Shown: positions 37,156-49,600 of the stretch, one piece after another
How positions within the stretch are numbered: position 1 is the first letter of the stretch
How the letters are laid out: every line of letters begins with the position of its first letter
Assembly: GCA_010093605.1 (NCBI GenBank)
Contig: MU004183.1
Coordinates: forward strand, 1,054,001-1,118,000
Direction of reading: 5' to 3'
Source: Lophium mytilinum
Taxonomy: Eukaryota
Length of the DNA stretch: 64,000 nucleotides
Position numbers and translations under genes: made by a program
The notes under the pieces: generated by a model
Databases searched by the model: none
Told to the model about the DNA's origin: nothing
What the model saw: only the letters and a program-made list of their open reading frames with translations

Positions 37156-37285
37156 GAGGGCGGAGCATGATCAGCGGGGGCTCGCATTGAGTCTCTATCG
37201 TAGTCGGTAGTGGGGTGGGCGGACGGGGGCGGGGTGATATCCGGGGACGTGTCGTCGTGGTGATAGCTGAGGTTGAAGTTGATGA

Positions 37286-37333
37286 GGCGCGTCGAAAGCG
37301 CTAAACCGTTCTCGCTTTTCGCGATGTCACGTG
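37286..37333. promoter_or_regulatory. Cluster of MCB-like (GCGCGTC), SCB-like (TTTCGCG) and Cbf1-type (TCACGTG) motifs in the SGS1/decarboxylase divergent promoter
   Basis: GGCGCGTC at 37286-37293, TTTCGCG (reverse complement CGCGAAA) at 37317-37323, TCACGTG at 37327-37333. These lie 130-180 bp upstream of the SGS1 ATG. Function is inferred only. Confidence 0.4.
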
Positions 37334-37627
37334 TAACAACAATTCCAGGTCTGAGCTTTCAGGTGAAGCGGTGACTAACAACCTTCACGAGAGGGAAATA
37401 CTTTGCGATCCAGCAGTCAGCCAGGCATTTTACCGCCTTCTTGATATGTCTAACAGGATGGAACTGCCTAGCTAGGTTGAAGGCTTTAGTGCACGTCGAA
37501 GTTGCGATGTTAGAATCTTCTACAAAAGGACGGTTACTCCTCAACTCTTAGGAATCATTTCAATTTCCGTTCACCATTTCACCCTAAAGATATCAATTTC
37601 ATCAAGTCTAATAGCCTGGAATTTATC

Positions 37628-39314
37628 ATGTCGATCCAACCGCTGCCAACCGCCATCCCTACCAGTGTGTTGCCAGAGGAGCATCTTTTGACTTATGCTC
37701 GCACACGTCTCCACCATACACTCCCAAAAGCTGGTCTAGGCTCCGACGAGGCAATATCTCATATCACAGATGATCTTGCACCTGCATTCAACGCCTCGAG
37801 CCGTTCCCCAAACTACTATGGCTTTGTGACTGGAGGCACGACACCAGCAGCCGCTCTTGCGGACAACCTAGTCACATATCATGACCAAAACGTCGCAGTC
37901 CACCTGCCCGCAGAGACAATTGCGACCGAAGTGGAAGACAAAGCATTATCCATGCTATGTGAGCTGCTGCATTTTGACGCAACAGTGTGGCAGCACCGAA
38001 TTTTCACGACTGGGGCCACCGCCAGTAACGTCCTGGGTCTGGCTCTTGGCCGGGAGTATGTTATCGGAGAAGCTTCAGCTGTTCGAAACGAAGAGATCCT
38101 TAGTGTAGGAGAACTTGGAATTGTTGAAGCAATGCACCGCGCTGGGTTGGAAAAGATACAAATACTGACAACCGTTCCGCATTCCTCGATATACAAGGCT
38201 GCGAGCATCATTGGCCTTGGTCGCGCTTCCGTCAAAGACATCTCTTTAAAAGGATCCTCCCATAGGATCGACATGGCGCTCTTCAAAGAGTACATTGGAA
38301 CGCCAGGATCCGGTACAATTGTATCAATTTCGGCGGGAGATGTGAACACCGGTCTCTTTGCGACTTCTTCGCTAGCGGAGTTACAAGATCTAAGAAACAT
38401 ATGTGACATGCACGGCGCATGGATTCACGTTGATGGTGGTGAGTTCATTTCTTCCATGAAGCACAATATAGCTAGAGATCTTGCCTACTCTTCGACGGCG
38501 TATCTTGCCTTTGCTTTGTAACTCCTTTTTCCGGCAAACCTCTTCACGTCTTGAATTTATTACTAGGTTTTCCGGGTACTGACAGTACCAGCGTTTGGCA
38601 TAATGGGTAGAGTGCTCTCCGGCCCAGACTACAGCTCGATTATAGCTGGTTGCGAAGGCCTGGAGCTGGCCGACTCGATCACAGGAGATGGGCACAAGCT
38701 ATTGAACGTAGTAAGTATCCCGTCCGGTTTTTCAAGGGGCCCTACCTAACAGAATTTAGCCGTACGATTGCGGCTTCTATCTCAGTCGCCATCCCTCATA
38801 TGCTCAAAAGGTGTTTCAAAACCCAAACGCAGCATATTTAGCGACAGCCGGTTCGAACGACGGGATCTTGTCGCCGCTGAACGTCGGCCTCGAAAATTCT
38901 CGTCGATTCCGAGCTCTACCTGTTTATGCAACGTTGCTTGCGTATGGCAGCGATGGGTACCGTGAGATGCTTGAGCGGCAGATTGCCCTGGCTCGATGCA
39001 TCGCAGACTTCATCGTGGATAGTGATGATTATGAGCTGTTACCGCGCAGCGATGGTCCCAAGAAAATCCAGATCGCTCAGACCTATATGATCGTCATATT
39101 CAAGGCCAAAGACAAAAACCTTAATGAGCAGCTAGTTCAAAGGATCAAAGCCACCCGTAAAGTGTATGTATCAGGAACAGCTTGGGAGGGGCAGCCTGCT
39201 TGTCGATTTGCAATTTCCAATTGGCAAGTCGAACCCGCCAGGGAATTTGGGACTATCAAAGAAGTCCTTCAGTCAATCGTCAAGGAGTTCTCATCGGAAG
39301 GCGCCCATGACTGA
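37628..39314 (+). CDS. Group II PLP-dependent amino-acid decarboxylase (aromatic-L-amino-acid/tyrosine decarboxylase-like); substrate unknown
   Basis: Motifs PNYYGFVTGG, FTTGATASN, HSSIYKAASIIGLG, AGDVNTG, WIHVDG/AFG, PLP-lysine motif DSITGDGHKLLNV/PYDCG, ENSRRFRALP, VSGTAWEGQPACRFAISNW. Introns at ~38439-38591 and ~38711-38759. Confidence 0.88.
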
Positions 39315-40033
39315 GAAACAGGGTGGAATGGTGTGCTGTGCTGTTTCATAGCCGCAGGTATCTCGAAGTTATTACAGCAATCCAGAAAGCTTACACCCTC
39401 GAAGTTTCCAGCCAATCGCGGACCTACATCCGTCACCACCTCCAAATTCCTATCTCTTACTCCCGATGCGCCGACTTTTCAGCTAGCCTTCGAGCTCGGC
39501 TCGGCATACGTGATATCTAGTAGTAGGGTTTGTGTACCCATATCACGTGATAGATATGCATGACGATCACTTACGGCAGCCAGCGGAGAGCCGAACACCA
39601 ACGATTGTTGACAACCTCACAAAAGCCTCTGTCAGAATTGAATGAGTATCAGGACTAGCATTCCGTTGAACAGTTGCGGATGCTCATGCTCCATCAGCAC
39701 ACTGACAGTCCATTGTGACAGCTTCTTCTTCGCAGCTCTGAGACAGCCACAGCAGGAACTGCAGTAATGGTGCCCGGTACGCCGAGAACCCTAGGCTCAA
39801 GATCAGCCCTCGCGGAGTCAAGCCCGTTCTTATTCGTCACTGTCAATATCAAGATCCCTTGTGCTCTTCTCAGAACCAAGATCCTAGTGGTTCGGCCCCA
39901 CGCATCCATGCATCCACGCAACCACGCAACCCTTGTGATCGCAAGTCTTTGATATAGGTTAAGGTCTTTCGTAACTCCATGTTCTTGCTAATCTTTGGGT
40001 CCCACCGATTCTTTCAGTCATTCATTGAGGGTC

Positions 40034-41595
40034 ATGGCATCTCATAATCAGGTACGCACTGAAATACTCCTCATATGCTGCGCTCTTCTAGATGCAAGAT
40101 CTGACCACTTAGCAGCTGCCAGCCGGCGGTCCTCCATATGCACCTCAGACTGCGAGCTCAGGAGGTGTTCCTCAAGTGATACCAGATGTACCAATTACGA
40201 GTAGCTTCCTGTTGTTATACGTCATGTTTTTCGCGATTCATCTTCGTATCGATATCAGGAACAGACACAGGGGTCACAAGTTTATCTTCTCCAGAGCTAT
40301 GCTGGGTATGAAGTTAATTCCTCTCCTATTTGTATCATGTTAACGTCCAGGCAGCGTTCTGCGTCATTCGCATGGCCACCATGTCCCTCAGAATAGTATG
40401 GGCCTGCAACAGAAAGAACGTCAGTATCGGTATTGCAGCTCAAATTTTCGTCTACGTCGGCACCGTTATCCTCTTTATCATGAACTGGTTTTTCGCCCAG
40501 CGCATAACACGAGCTCAACATCCTCGATTCGGCTGGTCGACGCCTTACCGAATCCTCCAACGAGGCGCCCTCGTACTCCTAATCTGCTGCCTCTTGATGC
40601 TCGTCACTGTTGCTCTCCAATCCTTCTTCACTCTCGACAAAAACATCCACCGCATCGACCGCAATATCCAACTAGCCGGCCTAACCTACTTCGCCCTCTT
40701 CTCCTTCGCACCTAACCTCATCCTCGTGGTCAACGCTCTCCTTCCCCGCTACGGCAAAGAGCGAATCGGAGAAGGCAACATGACCAAGAACATCCTCATC
40801 CTCGCCCTCGCCGTGACCACTCTTGCCCTCGGCGCCTGCTTCCGGGCAGGGACATCTTGGCTCAACCCTACACCCTTACGCGCTGCGACACCGTGGTACC
40901 TCTCCACCACGTGCTTCTACGTCTTCTCCTTCACCACCGAGATCCTCGTCGTCATCCTCTACGCCTGGACCCGCTTCGACCTGCGTTTCTGGGTGCCGGA
41001 TGGCGCGAAGAAGCCGGGCGACTACGGCGGACAACACCCCCGCGATAGCTTCACAGATCATTTGGATCCCAGCGATATGACGTTGCATATGTATCAGAGC
41101 GACATCTTCTCCGATACGCGTACGTTGGCTGATAGCCTAAGGTATGGGCCAAGCACGCTCCAGATGGATGAGAAGACGGGGGCGTGGAAGGTCAAGAGGA
41201 GTAGTCGAGGGAGCTCGACAGCTGCGAGTATGAGCTCGCGGTGGTCGGGTTTTAGTGGGCCGGGTGCTTTGTCGGACAGCGATATACCTGCCGTTCCGGA
41301 GCTTCCGGGTATGAATGGAGACAGGGGAAGCCGAGTTGAGAGTATTGATGCTCTACCGCGTTCGCAAGATGGCGTGCAGCATGACCGGAACGATACGCTC
41401 TCGCGGCTCACCGGAAGCGGAAAAGATGGAGTCGGCGGCAGTGTGGTCAGTTTGAAGGGTGTCCAGGAGAGTGGTGTCGTCGATGAGCCAACAAGCTCGA
41501 AGAGTGTGACTCAAAGTGGGCCTGACAGTGATCCGCTACACTCGGATATCCATAAGTTCGATTTTGATTTCAATGAGCCGAACGAGAGCGTGTGA
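40034..41595 (+). CDS. Multi-pass (about 7 TM) fungal membrane protein, DUF3112/RTA1-like
   Basis: Exons MASHNQ / QLPAGGPPYAPQTASSGGVPQVIPDVPITSSFLLLY...GHKFIFSRAML / FCVIRMATMSLRIVWA...IAAQIFVYVG...AQRITRAQHP...FYVFSFTTEILVV...RFDLRFWVPDG, followed by a Ser-rich tail. Confidence 0.75.
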
Positions 41596-42271
41596 TGATC
41601 GTGTAAATGGGTGGCTGAAAGTAATGCGTTTACGATGAGTATGAATTAGGTACGAGCGAATTTGAAGTCTCGCATTTTAGCAGTATGGCAAATGCTGTCG
41701 TTCCTAGGTCGTTTTGGGGCAACTTCATGTACTTGTATATATCAAATGTCCAATGAGAGTTTCAAGCACTCGTTGCCTGCGTGTGATCACCTTCAACGTG
41801 TCAACGTTTAAAAATACCTGCACTCAGTTTTCGTTGTCTCAGGTGGCCCAGTGAACCTACCAGTTGCTCAAAACGATATCCTTGAATCTCGATTCGAGGT
41901 CCCATTAGAAGCCGTCAGGGAGGGTACACAAATCTGCGAACAGCACATGCAGTTAAATAGTCATCCACTCAGAAGGTTCCCTAAAGCGCCACTTAATTTC
42001 CATACTGCAAGTAAGAGCTGGCTGGCATTCACCATCACGAACACCGCTGGCAGATGTGCAGGCTTTGCTCACGCAGTGGTTCACGGGTGCGGTGTTGCTG
42101 AGTCGTATTCCTTCAATGAGAGGAGAAATCTATCTATTGTGTACAAAAAGCATCGGGCAGAACCAAATCGGCCACGGAGTGGCAGACGAATGGAACCAGC
42201 TCTCATAAAAAGCAAGCTCCAATCAGCTAACCACAGGAACAACCTCGCACATTCTGAGAAAACAGTCAATC

Positions 42272-45037
42272 CTACGTCTTATCCACCCAGTCGGTCTCCA
42301 CCGGTTTTTTTGAAGGCAGCGGGAAGTCCTTGTCAATACTCCGAGTCATCTCGGTACAGTTGTAGCCCAGGAGTTCGTCCCTCTTGTCCACATACTCCCG
42401 CTTCGCGATCTTGAGCTGCGCATAGTTCCGAGGTGTGCTGTCCCCCCGTGCAATCGCCCGGCAAAGACCACCGATCTGGAGACGCTTGGCGTACAAAATG
42501 CGGAGCTGCTCGGTCCATTCCTCAACCCGGGGGGACAATCTCTGGCTGGGGGTGCGGACAATGTTTGGTTGACTTGGTGTGTGCTGTCGCGGATCACTAT
42601 CAGGGCCCAGACTAGTCACACCTATCATCTGCTCAGGCCGCTGGATAGAAGTTTGAGGGGTCGTAGAGTCGTGCTGCATTGCCAGCTGGTGAGTGGAGGG
42701 GCTTCCCGCGACTCCATGCTGCATTGAATACTGATTAATGGTGGAGGCTGCCATAGCAACCGGGGGCCTATGAAACAATGTAGGTGGTTGACTAATAGCA
42801 CGGTGGTTAACGCCCATTTCAGATTTCTCAAAAGAATGAAGCCTAGCTGGTGTAGGTCGGGCACTAATTGCCTTGATAGGAGGCGCCAGGTGATAATTGG
42901 GATGGGGTTTGTATTCGTGCCCGATTGATGGCTGGCTTCCATATTGTGAGGGTTGAGCAATGGTTGGAGATGAAGCTCCTTGGCTGAATGCTGGACTTCG
43001 GTCTGCAGCGAGCGTGGGATTTCGAGTTGTGACGGGAAAGGACCGAGTGAGCAAGTTTCGAGCAACTTCATGCGATGTGGGAGGCCGAAGTAGCCTAGGG
43101 GAGTGAGTTTGACACTCAAAGGTCTGCGGATAGTCATTCACCTCGAGAGTGCCAAGCCGTTTAGCAGTACTTAAATCCCTAAGTGTGGGATGAGGTGAGC
43201 TGCCTTGATTTGGAGCAGGTCGAACACCTCTCGCATTAGAAGCATGTTGATCGATTTCCGTTGGAGTTGAACTCGTATCCTGGACGACATCAGGGGCGTT
43301 CTGCTCCCATCTCTGAGGCACTTCTGAAAGTTGCAGTCGGCGCGCAGTCTCAGTCGCATACCCGCTACTGGAGTAATAGACCTCAGGGTTGGCAGTATTC
43401 AGCGAACCCATCGGCTTCACGAATTGATTCCGTTTCCCGTTGTGCTCTACCATGATCGTCTGTTGTTCGTGACCGAGTTCATTTGAAGCTGGCACGCGCA
43501 CTGTCAAGGCGCTTTTCAAACGCTTTCGAGATCTAATATGACTTGGCGGCGGAAGGTCTAGGTCAGAAACATTGGCACTGCTTAAACCCGGCGATTTCCC
43601 AAGGCCCGTACCACTGTTCTCCTCACGTAGTTGTGTTCCGAGAGGCAGTTGAGCCGGCGGCATAGAAGCTGGCCTAGCTGTCAGCATGCCGCTATTGTAG
43701 GTTTGTGTTTGGGCTTGGGTTGATAGACCTTCACTGACGATTGATGGTGCGGGACGATTCAGGAAAGCCGGAGTCCACAGCTTTCTCTGGAATTCGATGA
43801 ACTTCGGAGCCCTGAGTAGGTTCTCTGGAGTTGCAGCCGCCAGACCCCTAGTCAACGCGCTTCTCGGACAATGGTTAGAGTTGTGGCCGACCATGTCACA
43901 AACGCTACACGTTACCGTTGAACCCTGACAATCACGAGCAGCGTGGTTGCTAGCCCCACAGTGGTGGCAGAGGGCCGGTTGTGGTCCTCCTACATTGCGC
44001 TCGTGAGAGATCGGAGTCGCTTGCGAGACGGTCGCTGAGGGTAGTAGCAGCGGGTGGGTGGAGAGGGCGCGATCGGTATTGTTGCTTGTGCGGCGAGGGG
44101 GATTGAGTTCGGGCTCGGTTTGCGACTGAGGTCTTGGTGAATCATGTTTGAGGACAAGTGATACGCTGTCCGGGGCTTTTTGGAGCGGCGAGATCGTTTT
44201 CGGAGACAAGCGTGACAGGGTCCGGGCGTCCTTGGCTGTGATTGTCGTGGTATTCGTCTCTTCGTGGAGAGTGCTCGGGGTTGAGTTCAGGCGGCACTGC
44301 TCGCAATAGTATGTCTTTTTCTTCCACTCCTGCCCGCGAACTCCCATGCAGTTCATGTGCTGCCAAACGTTGCACCTATCGCACCGGATCATGCCCCCAT
44401 CATCATGTTGGCGTTTACAGACACAGCGAATGACCGCGTCAGCGTCATCTTGGCGTTGATCACCGCTGATATTGGAGCTAGTTCTGCGTCCTGTTGGCTT
44501 GGTCTTGCTGCGCTCCTTAGGCGGGTCTTTCGTTATTGATGCATCGCCTTTGCGGAGGATAACTGACATTTCGAGGTGAAGCTTCGAAGGTCTCGCTTGT
44601 TCGACGATTACCCCAAGCCCGCGGTTGTCTCTGTAGTGTTTTACCAAAACCCCCGTGGTGAGCTTTCTTAGTGCCTTGATGAGTCCGGGATAACCTTCCT
44701 CATGGCCTGCATTGCTATGAAAAACCTCGCCTTGTTGCATAAGGTTACGCAGAAGTGATGAGAATAGCAGTGACTGATGGTACTCGAGGTCTAAGGAGTT
44801 CTTTGTATCCTTGCAGTCGCTCTGGGAAATGCCTTCTTTGAAAGCCTTCAAGACCATTGCGACAAACGGCTTCATTTGGAGAGGATCGCTCCATGGTTCA
44901 TAGCGTGGATCCCAGAAACAGGTATCCCGGTAGATCGCCCATGGTCCAAGGAAAGCCTCCCGCTTTAGGACACCCGATGCAAGATCAGCTACTTTTTTGA
45001 CGCCTAGCGCTTCCAAGGCTTCTTGAACGGTTGGCAT
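42272..45037 (-). CDS. Uncharacterised protein with a PHD finger and two CCHC zinc knuckles
   Basis: Uninterrupted ORF of about 920 codons (first ATG at 45037; true start uncertain). PHD: IRCVC-x8-MIRCDRCNVWQHMNCM-x11-YYCEQC. Knuckles: CHHCGASNHAARDC and CSVCDMVGHNSNHC. Confidence 0.8.
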   Translation of the reverse strand: MPTVQEALEALGVKKVADLASGVLKREAFLGPWAIYRDTCFWDPRYEPWSDPLQMKPFVAMVLKAFKEGISQSDCKDTKNSLDLEYHQSLLFSSLLRNLMQQGEVFHSNAGHEEGYPGLIKALRKLTTGVLVKHYRDNRGLGVIVEQARPSKLHLEMSVILRKGDASITKDPPKERSKTKPTGRRTSSNISGDQRQDDADAVIRCVCKRQHDDGGMIRCDRCNVWQHMNCMGVRGQEWKKKTYYCEQCRLNSTPSTLHEETNTTTITAKDARTLSRLSPKTISPLQKAPDSVSLVLKHDSPRPQSQTEPELNPPRRTSNNTDRALSTHPLLLPSATVSQATPISHERNVGGPQPALCHHCGASNHAARDCQGSTVTCSVCDMVGHNSNHCPRSALTRGLAAATPENLLRAPKFIEFQRKLWTPAFLNRPAPSIVSEGLSTQAQTQTYNSGMLTARPASMPPAQLPLGTQLREENSGTGLGKSPGLSSANVSDLDLPPPSHIRSRKRLKSALTVRVPASNELGHEQQTIMVEHNGKRNQFVKPMGSLNTANPEVYYSSSGYATETARRLQLSEVPQRWEQNAPDVVQDTSSTPTEIDQHASNARGVRPAPNQGSSPHPTLRDLSTAKRLGTLEVNDYPQTFECQTHSPRLLRPPTSHEVARNLLTRSFPVTTRNPTLAADRSPAFSQGASSPTIAQPSQYGSQPSIGHEYKPHPNYHLAPPIKAISARPTPARLHSFEKSEMGVNHRAISQPPTLFHRPPVAMAASTINQYSMQHGVAGSPSTHQLAMQHDSTTPQTSIQRPEQMIGVTSLGPDSDPRQHTPSQPNIVRTPSQRLSPRVEEWTEQLRILYAKRLQIGGLCRAIARGDSTPRNYAQLKIAKREYVDKRDELLGYNCTEMTRSIDKDFPLPSKKPVETDWVDKT

Positions 45038-46669
45038 GCTCAAGGTAATGGGCAAACTGTTTGAGTGTACTTGCGTAGTAGAGCGGTCTGCTGAGCACTA
45101 CTCGGCGCTTTGTTTGTTTACGTTTTCGCCAATGCTGATGTACTGAGTAGGTCGGATGCCACACTATGTCCCGTCTCTATGTGCCAATCCTACTCGATGT
45201 ATTCGTTGTACTTTCGTTTGGGTTTCAGGGGAAGACTTCCCAAATGCAGCTGGAAGAGGCGGCGAGACGCGGCTAGACGGCGGGTGCAAGGTAAGCCTTT
45301 GGCTATTCTTCACCGCGGAAGCCTAACGACCGGGGAAGTGACGGACTCCACAAGCGGCAGACAAGCAAGCGACAGGTAGCTAGTGATGGACGACGGAGGC
45401 GGAGGGTAAGCGACAATGATCACAGAGCCTGAGAAGGCAGCGATGACTCTGGTACTGCACGTCGCAGATTCCGAAAAAGAGAGACCGGCTCTTCAAGGTA
45501 ACGAACGGCGATGTCGACCCCGGTTGAGCGGCTGAGTGTAATGGACAACTGTGAAAAGAGCCTGAGCGTCAACTGTGAAGTAGGGCAGAGGGAGCGCCGA
45601 TGGAGTCTTTGTTTATCCGAGGCGCGCCGCGGCGCCTCTCGATTCGCTAGGATCACAATACAGTGAATGTGTGCACGTGCGCTGAGCTCAAGGCTTCTTG
45701 CGATTCAATGAACTCATCTCACTCTTACACCTTGAATACAATTGATGTTACACCTCACCCTTCAAAAAGGCTAACAGGAGCACAGAGGACCTGGACAAGT
45801 AATTTCAATCGTATTGGCGAGTGGATATCAGAGTCACTATAGAAATTATCGAGGCGACCTACTATTTGACCAACGAGATAGAATTTCGATGCTCCCGGTG
45901 TCACTGGCTTAATCAACGGGGCCGCCGAGAGGTGTCCTAATCCGTGCTCTCGTCAGAAAATGGATGCAGTGAGGAGTGCCAGAGACATTGCCTACCTAAC
46001 AAAATAGACAGCGACACAGCATGGTCACGGATTAACAGCAACATTACCGTCGGAAAGTACTCCGACACCTAAATGTTCACGTTCTCCATTGCAACTCGAA
46101 CGGGATCCCCAGCAGCTGGTCATGCCGTCCAATATATACAAACACCATGTCGATTCTGAGTGAAGCTGCACCACAGCCTATGCATCGGGAAATATGCAAA
46201 AGAAAAAGAGGCTCTCAGGCATTGGGTATACAGCCAAGCACCCCCCACCCAACCCATCCCAAAGTGCCATCGCATATTGCTAGCAGCCCAGAGGTCGACC
46301 ATACGCCGAGCGCCAGCAGCAGTAATACGCCGAGATAAAACTAACCCGCACCAAACCCTGCCTTCTTCTCGTCTGGAGTCCATGAAGATAGAATATCTGC
46401 GAAGAACTGAAGAGGATAACTCAGAAAGGAAGGCCTAATGAAGTCTTGAGTGAACAAAAACGCCCAACAGTACCCACGAATAAAATTACACATCTGAAAG
46501 AAGGCTCCCCATGATTTCGCTCATGGATTCAGGAAACAAATCGTCGTGTAGCTGGCCTAAGAACGCAAGGCCTATGCTACTAAATCAGCATATCTCCACC
46601 TGATCGAATATGGAAATTCCATGCAAAGCGACCCATCGCTAAAGTAGCCAACAAAGACCAAGGGAGCAT

Positions 46670-49600
46670 TCATGCCGCTCCGATGCTCTCTGGACTGATC
46701 ATACCAACTGCGCTCCCATCGTCTTTCTCGGGCTCGGCGCTGTTTTGATTGTCTTTCTGGCTGGGCATCTCCAGTCTGAGTTTTCCGATTGGCTTCGCAA
46801 TGCCCTTTGACAACCCATTTCCGTTGACAGCAGCAGAGCCAGAGCCAGACGCAGAACCGGCGGCATTGGCATTGATGGTACTGTCATCTTTGCCCTCTTC
46901 AAGCTTACGCTTTTTGCGAGCCATCTGTTGCTGTTCCTTAAGTGGACGTTTCCGCGGGCTTGAGATCTTGCCCGTAGGAGGTAGACGCGGCTTAGGAAAG
47001 CGTTGCTTGACAGGTAGCTCTTCGTCTTCAGGCAGTTGTTGGTCGTTGTTATCGTGAAGCTTTGCCAAGAACCACTCCTGAACGAGACCAATTTCGTTCG
47101 TGATGTTTCGAATCGTGACGGGCTCGAATTTAGCAGGCTCCTCCATGAGTACACCAGTGGTCGAGACGGTGCTGTCGCTAATGTCAGTGCCATCAAAGAC
47201 AAAAGATATCCTGAATACGTACCTCGCATTTTGCAACTGGTGTTGACTATACATCCGATTCTGTAGGAGATGGAGCGGGACACTAAGTGACGCGAGTCCG
47301 AATTCCTTATCGAGGCCGAGTTCCTTGAAACCAAAGAAGTCCTCATCGATATCTTCTGCGAAGTCTCCTCCGACGAATTGCTCACTGCCATCATTGAACG
47401 CCCCTGCACCGTCTGCTCCTGCGCTGCCATCCAGAGCCGGACGCTAAATAAAACATATTAGTAAAACAACAAGCGTGAGTTTGGTCTGGATCAATCGACT
47501 TACAAGGAGATCTGCTAGGTGCGACTTCATTCGGTCGTGCATGCCAGCAAGCTTGGTACTGAGTCGGTCTACATCCTCCTTTACATAGCCCTCGAGTGAT
47601 TCCAAGTCGACTCCGTTCTCCTGTAAAGAATGGAGGACTGCTTCTTCTTGGGAGAATCGAGGTTTCCAGGCGGACAGGACACCTGTAGAAGCAGCGCTGG
47701 GCTCTTCCACTTTCATCTTTGGCTGCTCTTGGTAGGCGCCCAGGGTTCGAACAAGGTTCGCAAAGAAATTGCCGGCGACATCTGTTACAGCCTCAAGCGC
47801 GGATGGCTGAAATTCCTCGAATCCGGCATGATAAAATATTTTCCCTACGCTTCTTTGTAGTGCAGCGCGGCAGACATATGGAGACATGATGGCTCCTTCG
47901 TCAGATACCACGAGGGGTTCCACGTCGGCTTCAATGAAAGGCAGAGGGTCGTACTTCTGAAACTGATTCTGATACATCTACAATGCCAAGTTAGTAAGGT
48001 TGTTTTTACGAGTGGACTAGAATAATTACCTGTGATTGGAGCTGCATCTGCTTCACGATACCAATTTTGGCACATATCTTCCGAGTGTCCTGCATTTGTC
48101 GCATGTTTGCCTCGATCTTGGACGCCAAAGCACCCTCCGGAGCTGTAAAATATCCCTTCGGCACTATTCGCATGAATTCCTCGGCTTGATTGACGACATT
48201 GCCTTCGGAGTCCTCCACCCATTTAAGCCGCTCAGACATATCAGGAATGGCAGACACTGGATCGTAGTAATCGGGCACTTGTCGTTCGTCCTCCCCCTCG
48301 ATGCCCTCTGCCAATGTCTCGCCTGTCGGTTGGACACCGTCTTTACCATCTGGGGTCGTTGAATCGTCCTTCTTGTCTTCTTCCAAAGCTTCTTTCCGGT
48401 GCCGCAGCCACCGGCGCATACCAGCTTTGGTTCTGAGGATAGCAGGCTCCTCTACGTTGAGGTGGTCTCCACGAAACATTCGGTTGCGATCCGCCGCAAT
48501 CGTTGCTCTGTCTTTCTTCGTCACTTGCTTCCAAGTTTTGTATTCCAAGTCGTCCAAGTCAGCGTCCTCGGCGTCCAGAGTAAGACCGCTAACAGAATTC
48601 CCAGTTCCGTCGGCTTCGGATGCATCTGCTTGACTGCCAGCGGCGCCACCGCGAAATATGCCATTTGGACCGAAAGGTGTAAGAGTTCCTGGAGGAGGCG
48701 GTGTAGAGAAACCATTCACGCTGCCTTCCATCTCGGAATCGGCTCTGAGAAACTCGTTTTTGAGGTTATTGATAGAGGGAATTGGTGGCTTGCTGTCTGG
48801 TCCTGGCGTATCCTCCAGGCCTGCTGGGGGAGCTTTTCGGGCTGTACTTCCACCTTTGCTACCTTTGCTAGGCGCTTTTCGGCCCCGCGATGCCATTATG
48901 GGTTCTTCTGTTTACTTGTTAGAAATGCACCCGAGAGTAATGTCAAGTTCCCTACCATCATCACTGTCTTCGGCGCCATCCACATCCACATCTCCATTGC
49001 GCATCCTCCTCTCCTCTGCCTCCACTTCTGCTCTATCCCTGACTACGATTTCAGGAATTAGTGGCACCAGCTTCTCCGTCTCCTTCTTCATATAAAGTGC
49101 CTTTTTGCGGAGGAAGTGTGCAGGGTCGGCGTTGTATTTGAGGCAGTTTGACCAGATCAGCATCAGGTCATCCACAAACTCCTTCTTGGACTTGTATTGA
49201 AGCCCCTTCAGCTTCTTCATCATTGTTCCAATGTCCATGGGGTGCTTGATAACGATGTAGTAGTCCGGGGCTTCGCGCTTGTTCACTCGTTGGAGGAACG
49301 GATGAGCATGTTCCGTAGCCTTCAGTTCCATCAAAACCTTCTCCATACTCTCATAGAGCTCTTCTTGGCCAATCCGGTCTTCGCTTGCCCATTTACTCCT
49401 GTTTTTGCGAACCTCGCTGATGAGGTTGCGCAACTGGGCATCTGTCGCGTGGACCGCATCTCTTTTGGCATCAATCCGGGCGATGAGATGCTTGAGAGTC
49501 AAACTAGAGGCTCCGAGATTGGCTGTGCTTAATGATCCTTGTTGCGCTGGGGCGCCGGCGGCGCCATTGGTTACACCGGCAGTGGGCTGTCCAGACATTT

